From: a virus
Lineage: Duplodnaviria; Caudoviricetes
Strand: one strand, 5' to 3'
Length of the DNA: 64,000 bases
IMG/VR virus record: IMGVR_UViG_3300026085_000093
Span: 96,001 to 160,000 of that record
Each line of letters opens with the position of its first letter. Position 1 is the stretch's first letter. The notes below the pieces were generated by a model, which saw nothing but the letters and a program-made list of their open reading frames with translations, was not told where the DNA came from and did not search any database. The translations under genes and the position numbers were made by a program. Shown piece by piece: positions 41,101-48,894 of the stretch.

Positions 41101-43561
41101 TAACTCCTGGATAAATTCCGTCAAAACCTTGTACCTCTTCAACAATAGATTCTACATGGTCATTAACTTCACCTAATGTAAAGTCAACTAAATTATCGTT
41201 TAATGGATTCTTTTCTAAGTTTACAGGTATTTCATAATAACCATTTTCATTTTTAGGAGCATTAGAAAAACATCTAAACACAAGTGTTTTACCAACTTCT
41301 AAATCTTCTGTAAAAACAACAGTTGCTATGTTGTTAATGTTGTCTATAGTAAATTTAGAATCTAAAACTTTTTTACCATCAACATATGCTTTTACTACTA
41401 AATCACTTAATGTACCGCTTTTGGTAAAAACAGTAATTGGAAAATTATTAACTTCATCATCGACTGTAAGTTGTTGTTGTATTACAGCTTGTCTACTTAA
41501 AATATTTGTTTTAGTCCAACCGTTCACATATTCAAAAGTATCAATATTTGAAAACTTTTTCAAAAATCCTGTATCAGTTTGTGTTGTAAGTGTTTCACGC
41601 AATTCGTTTTGATATCTAACAATTTGATTTTGTATATCAAAAGAAAATACAATGTCTCCAATATTAGCAATATTTCTATACTTTAAAGGAAATCCTAGTT
41701 CTGTATCATTAGATCCAGTGCCTACTTTATAACTAAAAATTTTATTACCAATAAAGTCTGAAGCAGGATATGTAATTTGATCGTTTAAGATTATTCCGTC
41801 ATGATCAAAAACGTCAAAAAGTGGTGCTTGGTTTACGCCTGTTTTTTCTTGTGACTGAATCCACTGAGTGCCATTATACCAAAACATCTTGCCACCTAAT
41901 GATTCTCCTGATAAAGCAAGAACAGTTTCGTTTTCTAAAGGCATAGTATCAGTTGTTTCTACTAAACTAATTTGTCTGCGGCTGTTATGTGTTATGAAAT
42001 TTACTTCGTAAATTTTACCATTTACCATACTATCGGGATCTGCTGTAAATAATACACGCATACCGTCAGTAAGATCTACACCATCAACATTGTATCCTAG
42101 GCTACCTTCTACATTGCTAAAAACGTCTTTTGTAAAATTATCAACTAAATTAACATTTTTCTTTGCAAATGTACCATGGTTGAATAATTTCATTCCTGCG
42201 TTAAATTCAATAATTGGTCTTTTGGCTCTAAAATTTTGATCTAAATTTATTTCAGTATTATTAACCTCATAACTTTTTTCAATTACATCCTTGTGAAACC
42301 ACCTGTTGTAACGTGACCAGGGGTTTCTGTCATGACTTGATCGATTAACAGTGATATAATCTTTAGTACCTGGAAAACTTGCAGCGTCTTCATAGGGTAC
42401 TGCATCAAATCCATATTCATCCCATGCAATTTCTACATCACTTGTAAAGATGCTCGGAACTTCTAAATCATTTTCAGAAATTAATTTTATACTTGTTCCA
42501 ACACCTTCAATATAATAAAAACCTTCACTATATTCTGAAGGTGTAACAGTACCTTGGAAGTAAACTTTCATACCGTTTGAAAGGTTTACGCCTGTGCCTG
42601 TTTTGTATGTTTTTTTACCGATAACATTTTCAGCAAGGTCAATTTCTGTGTTTTCTTCTATAGCAAAGCTTAGAATAATACCGCTTGTATTAATATCAGT
42701 TTGACTTAGATAGTAAAGACTGTCCGGTACATCATCTGGTATAGTCCATTTTATAACACCTTGCTCAATGTAATCGTCTTCTGTTAAAACTAATCTACCT
42801 TCTTCGTCATAAACATATTTTAACATATCTTTATCATAAATTTCACTGCTTATCTCTTGCTCTATGCTAAAGCCTAGATCTGTATCAATAAAATCTCTTG
42901 TTATTCCAATAGTGAATGGATGTCCCGGTGTGTTGACTTCAAACACATAAGTTTGTCCTTTGAACAATCTTAGTGTTGGATTTCTTGTTGTTCCTCTTGA
43001 ACTAAACAGGAATGCAGTATTGTCATCGTCTACAACTGTAGACACAACAATAGTGCTTTCTATTTCTTTTTGCTCGCCAAATACAGGAATAGGTAAAGGT
43101 CCTAACGGTAGCCAATAGTATTCACGGAAATTGGCAAACTTATCCCAATCAATATGTGGATTCCAAGAATACATTTCCTGCGAATTTAAACTATTATGAT
43201 TTTCTGTAGGTCCTTTAAAGTTTTTTATTTGACCGATAAAATCAGGATAGTTTTTATAGAACAAAACATTATCTAATTGGTCTTTGTAAACAATACTGGG
43301 CTCAAATTGATAATTTTCTCTATCAGCAGTTACATCTGGAAGATAAACATCGCTTACTTGATTTACTTTAGAATTACGTCTACCTGCAAATGCATTGATT
43401 TTTTCTACAGCACCTGGATTGATCATTTGCTGTATAGTACTAGATAGTAATTTTTTGTTTACATCTGTTCTAAAATATTTTGGCAGAAAATCAATTGCTT
43501 TTGGATTTTCGTTATTATCGGTAGGCAAACCACTTTCGTTTTGTTCTTTATCGTATGCCAT
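29141..43561 (-). CDS. Giant (4806 aa) baseplate wedge / virion structural protein
   Basis: Uninterrupted 14.4-kb ORF directly after the gp6-like gene. Contains FG-GAP-like repeats (FG..VAIS...AVGAP), Ig/beta repeats (VT..GSGY...P.V), and C-terminal F.GDG....F.L repeats. Confidence 0.75.
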   Translation of the reverse strand: MAYDKEQNESGLPTDNNENPKAIDFLPKYFRTDVNKKLLSSTIQQMINPGAVEKINAFAGRRNSKVNQVSDVYLPDVTADRENYQFEPSIVYKDQLDNVLFYKNYPDFIGQIKNFKGPTENHNSLNSQEMYSWNPHIDWDKFANFREYYWLPLGPLPIPVFGEQKEIESTIVVSTVVDDDNTAFLFSSRGTTRNPTLRLFKGQTYVFEVNTPGHPFTIGITRDFIDTDLGFSIEQEISSEIYDKDMLKYVYDEEGRLVLTEDDYIEQGVIKWTIPDDVPDSLYYLSQTDINTSGIILSFAIEENTEIDLAENVIGKKTYKTGTGVNLSNGMKVYFQGTVTPSEYSEGFYYIEGVGTSIKLISENDLEVPSIFTSDVEIAWDEYGFDAVPYEDAASFPGTKDYITVNRSSHDRNPWSRYNRWFHKDVIEKSYEVNNTEINLDQNFRAKRPIIEFNAGMKLFNHGTFAKKNVNLVDNFTKDVFSNVEGSLGYNVDGVDLTDGMRVLFTADPDSMVNGKIYEVNFITHNSRRQISLVETTDTMPLENETVLALSGESLGGKMFWYNGTQWIQSQEKTGVNQAPLFDVFDHDGIILNDQITYPASDFIGNKIFSYKVGTGSNDTELGFPLKYRNIANIGDIVFSFDIQNQIVRYQNELRETLTTQTDTGFLKKFSNIDTFEYVNGWTKTNILSRQAVIQQQLTVDDEVNNFPITVFTKSGTLSDLVVKAYVDGKKVLDSKFTIDNINNIATVVFTEDLEVGKTLVFRCFSNAPKNENGYYEIPVNLEKNPLNDNLVDFTLGEVNDHVESIVEEVQGFDGIYPGVSNLRDLGNVTHYGKRFVQHSGPFNLAAFHITDKEANIVKAINFVRSEYGKTKRRLIALANESGIEGTAKDQLDTVLERFSKETVSYRNFYYGDMVGKKANTSTTHNIDNSEETYFAIGLTNFDINKLSNQAVYVYLNGVQLLKDRDYTISDNFVNVTATLAKGDVIRVDEFENTNGCYIPPTPTKLGLFPLYYPEVQKDHTVRPAVKTFVTTKSQTRFVLENVNKIIEATDLIVQVGDVKAYGNIDYTIEKVRNGLFYVDFVDPVVANENVIIGFPQCVIQGHDGSLTKAWNDFRDDFLLEYEYRVYNNIKLKYDASVLDINNFVPTFDRDTKFTKEQIDNSVLGDFTSWLEDAGNLTYTENNFYDERDGFTYNYSFMSNTENEPLKGFWRSVYKTYYGTDRPNTHPWEMLGLTIKPTWWDEQYGPAPYTSDNILLWTDMAEGIVRTPGVVAQKNKMYKHSKLLDAIPVDSNGKLVDPYKAGLAQNYKFDTASNNFVFGDEAPVETAWRRSSEYPFALLKAWMLNQSAQIFGLAFDRSRIKKNLSDQYVYTETNKAIRCEDLVFPSITGNEDILLTSGLVNFIASYMSSKYSSNYNNYQQRLKGLKNQLSIRVGGFASKEKLKLVLDARSPLNKSSNFVPEENYQIFLNTSSPLETLVFSGMIIEKTADNTYILKGYDGDNPTFPFYKPLETNSDTSITVGGISANYVVWTEDQEYTIGTIVEYQNNWYRTTSTHKSSETFDATKFAKLPTLPITGGISAKIRKRYETTVSYISYGTILESVQEVVDFMQGYEKFLKQQGFELDYYNRDTDSLEDMTLCIQEFMFWVTQNWEAGTILTTSPCANRCIFTKPYFVVDNIFDDFYGYNLLSGNGEKLGRELSNIYRDDTNTFGITPSNTNEGIYLIKLPLVQTEHVILLDNSTVFNDVIYDVTPGYRQERIKLVGYRTDNWAGGLNIPGFFYDNVKVDFWKTYEDYAVGDVVKFKEFFYSANVKHNSGEVFVSSNWNRLSEEPKAELYPNFDYRVNQFTDFYDLDTDNFDTEQQRLGQHLIGYQKREYLSNIIPDSVSQYKFYQGFIQEKGTKNSLTKLFDALSTSGEESLKFFEEWAIRVGSYGALDNKQDLEFKLNESNYKLEPQLFELTNNKTNEADLIYKIADYEVYEKPEGYANNPFVTSTAKLNSSRNNGWVRLQDVKGAVTTYKGLLDLNIAKTFIGDNIWIQNKKNEWDVVTQVKETNKIVSYDINVDGTYTDSKGNTLNVLKLVFDKYVDFTKGEIIGIYGGLSTIAGYWEILEVGIDYVVVDTRTLSVTETQINTFPDSTENAVSRFVTRRFTDIEELNQEVKNLFHVKNDKVWIEKVDGNWGLYENEGIFTLQKEVYNPSGDQDGFATAYDVNSNNTYIPIASLGHPGDEGILRLFYRPNEQLEISLRQIMEPELVSDPEIGFGRTVAISDDATYIAVGAPYTSNVKTLYIDELQPDVIYYEGDIVRDRGVLWQANKDIGLYYDSVGDSSTITINDADWDEVNLITGLEPSLDILKNRLVPSVEFTDQMLNVALSTATTPTEFETWARSIADDGFAFGNLDKSTTPPTIRSADVLQFIKIREGTAAQDNVDRWKNIILPSLLEQSWYNDTFTLGHSGSGIEKQGTVYLYKQNADTGLYEVEHIICSPFPKANEQFGTKIQLRKAANGSMKMFVGAPGADGTDVGRIYMLDNQGGEWKYSSDRNYKGVYNDLFKYNENDLTFYNGALYKAATNIAPGTSLPSDAPNLWIEQTDVNTEYTGYVPRQNFIASENEDDVTNQSINIGKVFDTNKLGDVLAFSAKSGNDELVSIYTNVFDRWRLNQSIVNQEGIDYSLAVNDTGDTIGIGAPLYNTEENTDAGSVKLYSQNSTGDTWELTQTLTSPYKEKNEAWGLAIDFSADKLLVVGKNTDTRTTTTFDRYVEYKKYAIGKNEFKNTIYSRYVNDNTGVQNTEKTTFDGGRTTFVTKEIDSGRLGIYEKLGNKFIFGEDLPYSRKTIGNDLSNIKLQDNNVYVGLPMINPSEFTDSSRLENEDSTAGMFVNFRADKNKNSWKVVTSETGQVDLNKIGRVFLYSQETNDIITNLDVIDPRQGKIAGVADQEITYKTPYDPAIYSNGSGKVVVDQAANWCDEHVGEIWWNIDTVSWFNPYQGPIQYRSANWHKQTQTSLVSILEWVESTVPPQEYISLADTTQGYTQGISGTPYHGSNTYSVKSKIDSVSGQSKLYYYFWVQNKQTIPNIPNRALSAFEIARLIEDPSRYGYRYIQLLDGNKFSLHNVRSFINDKDTILHFTLIDDAEQKTPIHNEYQLMSSGLATSKPNEEIESKWIDSLVGYDLNNATVPDPNLSPKVKYGILNYPRQGMFINRIEALKQVVERVNTVFAKTQIVDNYDISLLQQNDPVPNVSENLYDTIVETTDLLRFVGVAKVQTAEFTPVIENSKIVAVTITNSGRGYVYPPTVRIEDTYGRGAVINTTINNLGQVTGATVRKQGKNYSSATKITARPFSVLVNSDSDIGGRWAIYTYDSTSSEWDRLRSQSYVTTGYWNYADWYATGYNAQTPIDQTVDLAYQLFRLENEIGDIVKIKEVGSGGWLLLKKIDDQLVEDYTINYETIGRQNGTIKLSNKLYNFLEAAGGFDTEIYDTTFYDREPIQELRNILSSLKNNIYVNDLEVEWNNLFFASLKYAMSEQTDLDWAFKSSFIRVKHVLGDFEQKLSYQNDNLENYEDYVKEVKPYHSKIREYISSYDHVEPTNSLTTDFDVPPSYSAAKEIETIAAKYDNGIITDIIEKYQQYPYKSWVDNNGYDIIEIEVTNGGSNYKETPPVTILGDSGATAKAYLSKGSVSKIEIVKAGSKVYEAPLVVIDEPSPGGIQAKATAIIGNPLVRSTHMIMKFDRTTGTYLMTNIDESETFTGTGSTTKFSLKWPINRNTNTYEVTVNGLPILKGEYSVDNEKDTAKGYDRQLGYIIFEEAPATGATIVITYKRNLNMLTAADRIYHAYNPATGMPGKDLSQLMDGVDYDGAVYDGISFGTEQGFDIGGFAEYRFDTIANTTDDEIFVLDGSTTTFTLSTPLEDGVQYNVYWKSVNAKLNDSPIRLDDPDYDGITVLDNKYALMLPLSGDGVTDTVNIDWTRWKTVEDRDFLVAGDTVIIRKSTSDGSFELAGSTYDVDLSGGDIDYGDALGLNPSDIVVDGDGFVTPTTSKGPEELVPGQLLDTLDISVYHRTTDGTGMIGSINYIIDDSTSVYVLPSVPHSNDAIIVKLDNETIDNDRYEVDWDTQTLTFTDSTVPYGTHLNITTIGTNGAEMLDTDYVKFDGSTYSYITAAKWSDALTAFVTINGVVQQQGVNFTVERSTSSDVFENRVKLTFEDGTMQPDDYIQWSVYASNLKTYSQVLIDNTFEPDGQNDYYQFTTTEFPIPFNRRPLGHQILVFQNKRLLQPGYSIKHTATNTLTYELESWQFTDPTLIESENILVFVNDRQLTKNEFTYDTVNARVFLSRRDIFEEGDTIGIYVIQYADYYFVDTKLTCVLDDSTAPALETYIEVGNEIVIDSIGDSTTYTSIVVAVEDNTVTIRSKRDDIFASWVAGNDFVISINDGDSTPLQMSDIEYVKSDSMTFTVAPSSGANIEVYQFSNHDINNFERQQYDVLATTTVSAGTDAYYKRNLLSQGFVNLRSNIQNVQYVWVAKNGELLSPNVDYTLNAKYNAVSLNLPVEDGDRIDVLEFGNDPATPRFGFRIFRDILGRTHYKRLNEENAFSLKDPLNYYDTRIVLEGGADNLYRPSKGSGLPGVVWIDGERIEYYDIKGSTLLQLRRGTLGTGVINYCAAGTRVLGQGPNETIEYSDTTYEQEIIADGSSSATEYTLDFTPSSANEIDVFLGGKRLRKTSMQMFNWQTNQDSTEADYTLDAEYRVSGSNIYIEPRNPLTNDIIPPSDFEGQKIKIVRKTGKIWNDTGKSLANSDNKIAKFIRAATIRLPK

Positions 43562-46500
43562 TAATAGCCTCCGGTATTATCTGTAGAACCAATTATAAAA
43601 TTATCTGTTGTAGTTTCTTCTGCACTTTGTATTCCGCTTCCTACAAATTCGCTTCGAGTTACTACTGTACCAGACGCTTTAAGTCTTTCTGAAGTTAATG
43701 CATCTATTATTTCAATATCAGAAACAGTTGCACTACTAATTAATATTTCATCTGAATCACATTTGATTTCTTGTAAACTTCCATATGAACTACTTGTAAG
43801 TCTTGGAACAATTACAATACTGTTTACATCGGGTGCTAATTGCTTCATAACATATGCACTCAATTCACTCCAATAAAATGTTTCGCCAAAGTCCCAGTTA
43901 TCTAAAGCAAAAAATTCATTAATTGCTTGAACAATACGAACTTTCAATTCATTATCATTTATGACACGTTCTTTAGATTTTACAACTTTAATTGCTGCTT
44001 GCAAATCTACATCTGCTTTATCTCCGAATAGTACTTTGTACTTTACAGGATGATAAATTATTTCATCACTTATAGATTTTACTTTTTCAATTTCACCGCC
44101 ATAATACCTTGCCATTTGATCACTGCTTAATGGTAAAGGTTTTGTTGTAATAATATTTCTTAAGTATTGTCTAAATGCTGTATCGTATGCTCTTGTCATT
44201 AGATAAACATCAATTACATTTGTGCTGCTAGGATCAATTCTACTATTTTCATCACTTGCATGTACATATCTAAAACTTATACTATCACGACCTATAAATG
44301 CTTTATAATTATAAGAAGGTGATAATGTTCTATTAACTGAATCTAAAATATAAAATTCGTCTGTTGAACTTACATAATACTTAGGATTATTAGGTGTTAG
44401 CAAATTGATATCTGTGCTAAAACCTACAACATTTAAATTCTCGCTTTCTGCTGAAACGTAATTGTACACAGTTGTATTGTTTTGCTGTCTAGATTTTAAG
44501 AAAATATAATTTGTAGGATCTACAATTTCTGTAAACAACTCTGGATTATCAATTACTCCATCGTCGTCGCTATCAAAAAATGCAACTTCTACTCTAGTAC
44601 TATCTATATAACCATCTTGGTCTCTATAAACACTTGAAATTTCCCAATCATAATCTAATGTGTATGATTCTGTTCCTGTGCTAGAATTAACATCATTATT
44701 AATGTTTAGCACCGAAACTCTATCTCTAATAATTTTACCTGATTTGCTGTCAAATATTTTTTTGTTATTATCAAAATAGAATCTTAATTCTGTATCACTT
44801 TCAAATATGTAACGTAAAGTTCTATAAGTTACAGTATATGTTTCACCATCAGTTTCAAATAAGAACAACCAACTGCTGTCAATACGTGAATTACTTACAT
44901 CGCCTGCCTGTCCTAAACTAAAATTACCTGTAATATTTAGGTTGTCTTGAGTAATAACTTTCCAAGATCTAGATTCTCTATCGTAACGCAAACCAAAAGT
45001 GTTGTACGAGAAAATTTGGTCTACCATTTGACCTTGAACATCTACAATCAATTGTGTGCTAAGTTTTGGAATTGCACTATCTAAAACAGCACCGTCAGGT
45101 ATGACATCGTTAAAAATAACACCCCCTAAACCTGTAGTTTCATCTACAGTGTTTCCACCATTAGTAACACTTACACATTTTGTCCAAATATAAGATGTTG
45201 CATATCTGTGTGTTGCATCGCCTAGCATAAGTTTATTATCGTCATTAGTCATGAAATGATAGCCTGCTGGTGCAGTAAATTTAACCATTGCACCAGGTTC
45301 AATAAACCGCAATGGACCTTCAGTAAACGATCCTACTGTATATCTAATGAAGTTACTATCTTGAAACATACCTGTAGTTCTGTTTGTATCTATTGTTTCT
45401 TCGTTCCATGTTAAATTTAATTCTGTGTAATTTTGTCTATTGTAGTTTTCTAAATAAAAGTTTCTAACATTTTTACTTTGCAACAATGGAGTAATTTTGT
45501 TAAAAATTGTTTGTAAAATATCTGATCTTGTTGTAAAATCAAAACTTGTAACTTCGTCAACATACTCTTTATACAAAATACCATCAGTAGCAAAAAGATT
45601 AGTGCTACTGTATTTTCCTGTAGCATCTAAAATATCATAATTTCTACTAATACCACTTGCGATTCTGTTTAGAGATTTTACCTTAATAATATCTTGGCTG
45701 ACGCCTAGTGGACCAACATTGTAATCTTCACCTGTTACCATTCTATTTTGAGTATAGTAAGTAGAAGATGCATTATTCTTAATACTTTCGGTACTTTCAC
45801 TACTTGCACTGTTAGAAATTGTTTCTTGTAGTGATAGTGTTAGGACGAGTGTTTCTGTTCTACCTCTAGAACTAATGTAAGGAATAGTTACTTGTACATC
45901 TTTAATATTATTAGGTAAAATTACAACGTCTGAGTTTTTACTTGTCCTATAATACGTTCTAAATGTTCCTGTAGGTAAATTACCAAAAACACCATCACTA
46001 AAAATTAAACTAATTCTATCATCTGCTCTAGTTAAAACACTAAAAACATTTTTTATATTTTTTGCAATACTATTGTAAACAATATTGTTACCTTCAACAG
46101 CATCAATTTTTGTCCATTCTGTAGTTTCTCTTGAAGAACTGTCTAAGCCAAAAAGCCAAACATCTGTATTGTTAATGTTTGTTGTATCAATATCAATTTT
46201 TTGGTTAGGCACAGGAAAATCTACGCTAAAATCGCCTCTTTGTAATCTACCCTGTTTAAAGTGCATAAAGAAACCTGTGCTAGATGCACCAGGTCCCCTA
46301 CCGTTGTCTCTGTAAATGTAACTTAGTGGATCTGCAGGTTTAGGTGTTGCTTCTTTTAATTCGCCATTGTCAATTATTGTGCTTACAACTTCAAAGTCTA
46401 AACTTTCGCCATTTACGTCACGGTTGAAAGCATAAATCGGAATACCGCCATTGTTAGTTTCAAATGTATACTGCTCTGTTGGAATACCGTCAATAACTTG

Positions 46501-47034
46501 ATTGTTTACAGGACGTCCGAATTGGTTAGACACATTGTTTGCTGCATTTAGAATTTTAACAAAATGTTCAAACCAATCATTATTAACATTATCATTCCAT
46601 AAAATACTTCTACCTGAAAGACTATTTCCATTACTGTCAATTACATTTTCAGATGTTTGAACTGCTGTAATTTTAAGAAAGCCGTTTGCTGCTTGGTTAC
46701 GTGTTACATTATAACTTAATAGTCTTGCTAAACGTAGAACACTTTCTCTACGTTCTGCAAGTTCTAAATAGTTTTCTCTTGCATTTAAATCTGTTCTGTA
46801 TGAAAGGTTTTGCCCAAGAAACGCAATCATATCAATTATTGCAAGATATTCTGAACTTTCAATATAATCATTAAAATCTTCTGGATAATTTTTACGTAGA
46901 TAACTTATCATTGTTCTACGTAGTGTATCAAAGTCATATGACTTAAATTCTGCGTTATTAAAACTCTGATAGATTTTTGTCCAATCCTCAGCAAGCAATA
47001 ATCTATTTTGTCTATCTATAGAAGACATGGGCAC
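43561..47034 (-). CDS. gp6: Baseplate wedge subunit, T4 gp6-like
   Basis: DFDTLRRTMISYL...FNDYIESS...IDMIAF...DLNARENYL.LAERRESVLRLA..LSY; ES.ESIK.NA...Y.TQNRMVT..DY. Follows the gp25-like gene. Confidence 0.8.
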   Translation of the reverse strand: MPMSSIDRQNRLLLAEDWTKIYQSFNNAEFKSYDFDTLRRTMISYLRKNYPEDFNDYIESSEYLAIIDMIAFLGQNLSYRTDLNARENYLELAERRESVLRLARLLSYNVTRNQAANGFLKITAVQTSENVIDSNGNSLSGRSILWNDNVNNDWFEHFVKILNAANNVSNQFGRPVNNQVIDGIPTEQYTFETNNGGIPIYAFNRDVNGESLDFEVVSTIIDNGELKEATPKPADPLSYIYRDNGRGPGASSTGFFMHFKQGRLQRGDFSVDFPVPNQKIDIDTTNINNTDVWLFGLDSSSRETTEWTKIDAVEGNNIVYNSIAKNIKNVFSVLTRADDRISLIFSDGVFGNLPTGTFRTYYRTSKNSDVVILPNNIKDVQVTIPYISSRGRTETLVLTLSLQETISNSASSESTESIKNNASSTYYTQNRMVTGEDYNVGPLGVSQDIIKVKSLNRIASGISRNYDILDATGKYSSTNLFATDGILYKEYVDEVTSFDFTTRSDILQTIFNKITPLLQSKNVRNFYLENYNRQNYTELNLTWNEETIDTNRTTGMFQDSNFIRYTVGSFTEGPLRFIEPGAMVKFTAPAGYHFMTNDDNKLMLGDATHRYATSYIWTKCVSVTNGGNTVDETTGLGGVIFNDVIPDGAVLDSAIPKLSTQLIVDVQGQMVDQIFSYNTFGLRYDRESRSWKVITQDNLNITGNFSLGQAGDVSNSRIDSSWLFLFETDGETYTVTYRTLRYIFESDTELRFYFDNNKKIFDSKSGKIIRDRVSVLNINNDVNSSTGTESYTLDYDWEISSVYRDQDGYIDSTRVEVAFFDSDDDGVIDNPELFTEIVDPTNYIFLKSRQQNNTTVYNYVSAESENLNVVGFSTDINLLTPNNPKYYVSSTDEFYILDSVNRTLSPSYNYKAFIGRDSISFRYVHASDENSRIDPSSTNVIDVYLMTRAYDTAFRQYLRNIITTKPLPLSSDQMARYYGGEIEKVKSISDEIIYHPVKYKVLFGDKADVDLQAAIKVVKSKERVINDNELKVRIVQAINEFFALDNWDFGETFYWSELSAYVMKQLAPDVNSIVIVPRLTSSSYGSLQEIKCDSDEILISSATVSDIEIIDALTSERLKASGTVVTRSEFVGSGIQSAEETTTDNFIIGSTDNTGGY

Positions 47035-47084
47035 TTCCTTAACATTAATTTATAATATTTATCTAGGATTATAATACACGTACT

Positions 47085-47531
47085 TTAAAAGATTTCGTTA
47101 TTTAGGTCAAATTCGTATTGTAAAACTTCGGATATATTGTACTCTAAAAATAGTAAAGTTAACTGTATTTGTATGCCTGATTCAAAGGAATCTACTTGTA
47201 CATCTGTTAATGTAACTCTAGGATCTGCATTTGCGATATCAGTTACATTTGCAATAATTGCTTGCTCTACATCTGGTGTAAACGGCTCGTATAAAAGATC
47301 CCATACAATTGTACCAAAATTAGGATTTTCTAATTTTTCACCTACTCTAATGTGAAAATGATTTAAAATATCTCTTTTTATTAGTTCAATATCTGTATAC
47401 TTGAAATTTTTTGTATTAGGATCTGTAGTGCTTACTCCTCTATAAGATTTACTTCTTACAGGATTAGACACTTGATAAGATTTTTGTCTTACCTTTAAAT
47501 TTTTATACAGATTTTTTTCTAGTGTACTCAT
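47085..47531 (-). CDS. gp25: Baseplate wedge subunit, gp25-like
   Basis: DIELIKRDILNHF.IR.GEKL.NP.FG..VWDLLYEP...DPRV is the gp25/GPW pattern. Confidence 0.88.
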   Translation of the reverse strand: MSTLEKNLYKNLKVRQKSYQVSNPVRSKSYRGVSTTDPNTKNFKYTDIELIKRDILNHFHIRVGEKLENPNFGTIVWDLLYEPFTPDVEQAIIANVTDIANADPRVTLTDVQVDSFESGIQIQLTLLFLEYNISEVLQYEFDLNNEIF

Positions 47532-47539
47532 AGTAATAT

Positions 47540-48079
47540 TTAGTTCCTAACTATTTGTCTAACCGCAAGACGTCTAAAATCTTCGTCAGATCTTGCTCCG
47601 TATTTGTCATACATTTCAAGAGCCCAATCTAATCCTATTGTAGGACCATCATAACTAGAAGGTGTTTCTCCTTGCCAAGGAAAAATTTTTTCTAATCTGT
47701 ACGCTAAATCTAATTCAAATTTTACACGGTTAAAATCGTCTAGCAGTGCTTGAGAAATAAGTTTTTGTACTTCTTCAGGAGTAGAATTTAACATTAATCC
47801 ATTACGTATAAACTCTCTTCCATTTACCCGAGTATCAACTCTAGAATCCCAGTCTTCGACTTGTTCAGCAAATGCTGCTTCTGCTTGTCTTGCAATCTGT
47901 GCAGCATAAAATTGTAAAGGTCCAATTATATTATCATATTGCTGTTTTTCTAAATCGGTCAATCCTAAAGGATAACCGTCATCTGCTATATCAGTGCTCA
48001 TATCAATTTTATCAATAAGTCTGTTGATTTCTCTACTAGACATAGGATAAGTTGTTAAAACATTATCAATTGAACTCAT
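47540..48079 (-). CDS. Hypothetical protein
   Basis: 179-aa ORF coupled to the upstream gene by an ATGA overlap. Confidence 0.7.
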   Translation of the reverse strand: MSSIDNVLTTYPMSSREINRLIDKIDMSTDIADDGYPLGLTDLEKQQYDNIIGPLQFYAAQIARQAEAAFAEQVEDWDSRVDTRVNGREFIRNGLMLNSTPEEVQKLISQALLDDFNRVKFELDLAYRLEKIFPWQGETPSSYDGPTIGLDWALEMYDKYGARSDEDFRRLAVRQIVRN

Positions 48080-48891
48080 ATCACACTCCCTTGTGTTATT
48101 CCACCAGTGTCAACTGCCGTATCACCTGTAGGATATGCAATATCATATTCGGAAGGTATATCCCAATTCCTACGAATATCAGTGAGATATAAATCTGCGC
48201 TAGGATTGTTAATCCAGTAGTTAGAAACTTTATAATTGTCTCCTTGGTTGCCGCCTGCAAGTTGTATTTTAAAACTACCCGGTTCTACAGCCCAAACAAA
48301 TCCCACATGACCTCCTCTACGTGTTCTAGATTTTAAAACAGCAATATCGTATTTTCTAATCTTAGACAAATCTCTCCAATCAATTGCTCGACCGTACCGC
48401 TTATATTCTTGACTTCCCATAGTGTTAAAACTTTCTAAACCTGCGGTTGCTAATACATGACTTACAAATGCTGCACACCATGCATAATCAATTGCACCTG
48501 AATCTCTTGTATATCCTGATCTGCCAGCAGTAACGTAACATGCATAGATATTAGGATTTGGCGGAGATCCTTTTTCAGTCCAGTCTAATCTTCTAAAAGC
48601 AACAAGTGTATTTGCAAGCGCACCGTATGGAGTATCTGCTGGAGGAATATTGGTAATTTGTTCTACTCCACCTCTGTTAGGATTATTATAACTGAAAAAA
48701 TGAGGACTGCCACCTGTTCCACCTTGTCCGCCATCTACTCCTGTAACAGGATCTCCATCTCGTAAATCGCCGATTGTTCCTGGTGGCCATTGTAATGCTT
48801 GTGTACCTTGACTATCTTGTTGTGCTATTTGATCAGTTGGAGACTGTCTCGGAGGCACAACTGCATTTGCTGGTATTATAACTTGACACAT
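48076..48891 (-). CDS. CHAP/NlpC-P60-like cell-wall hydrolase (TIGR02594-like)
   Basis: WTE.G..NPNI...AWCAAFVSHVL...GHVGFV...GGNQGD gives the Cys-His dyad. Confidence 0.8.
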   Translation of the reverse strand: MCQVIIPANAVVPPRQSPTDQIAQQDSQGTQALQWPPGTIGDLRDGDPVTGVDGGQGGTGGSPHFFSYNNPNRGGVEQITNIPPADTPYGALANTLVAFRRLDWTEKGSPPNPNIYACYVTAGRSGYTRDSGAIDYAWCAAFVSHVLATAGLESFNTMGSQEYKRYGRAIDWRDLSKIRKYDIAVLKSRTRRGGHVGFVWAVEPGSFKIQLAGGNQGDNYKVSNYWINNPSADLYLTDIRRNWDIPSEYDIAYPTGDTAVDTGGITQGSVI

Positions 48892-48894
48892 TTT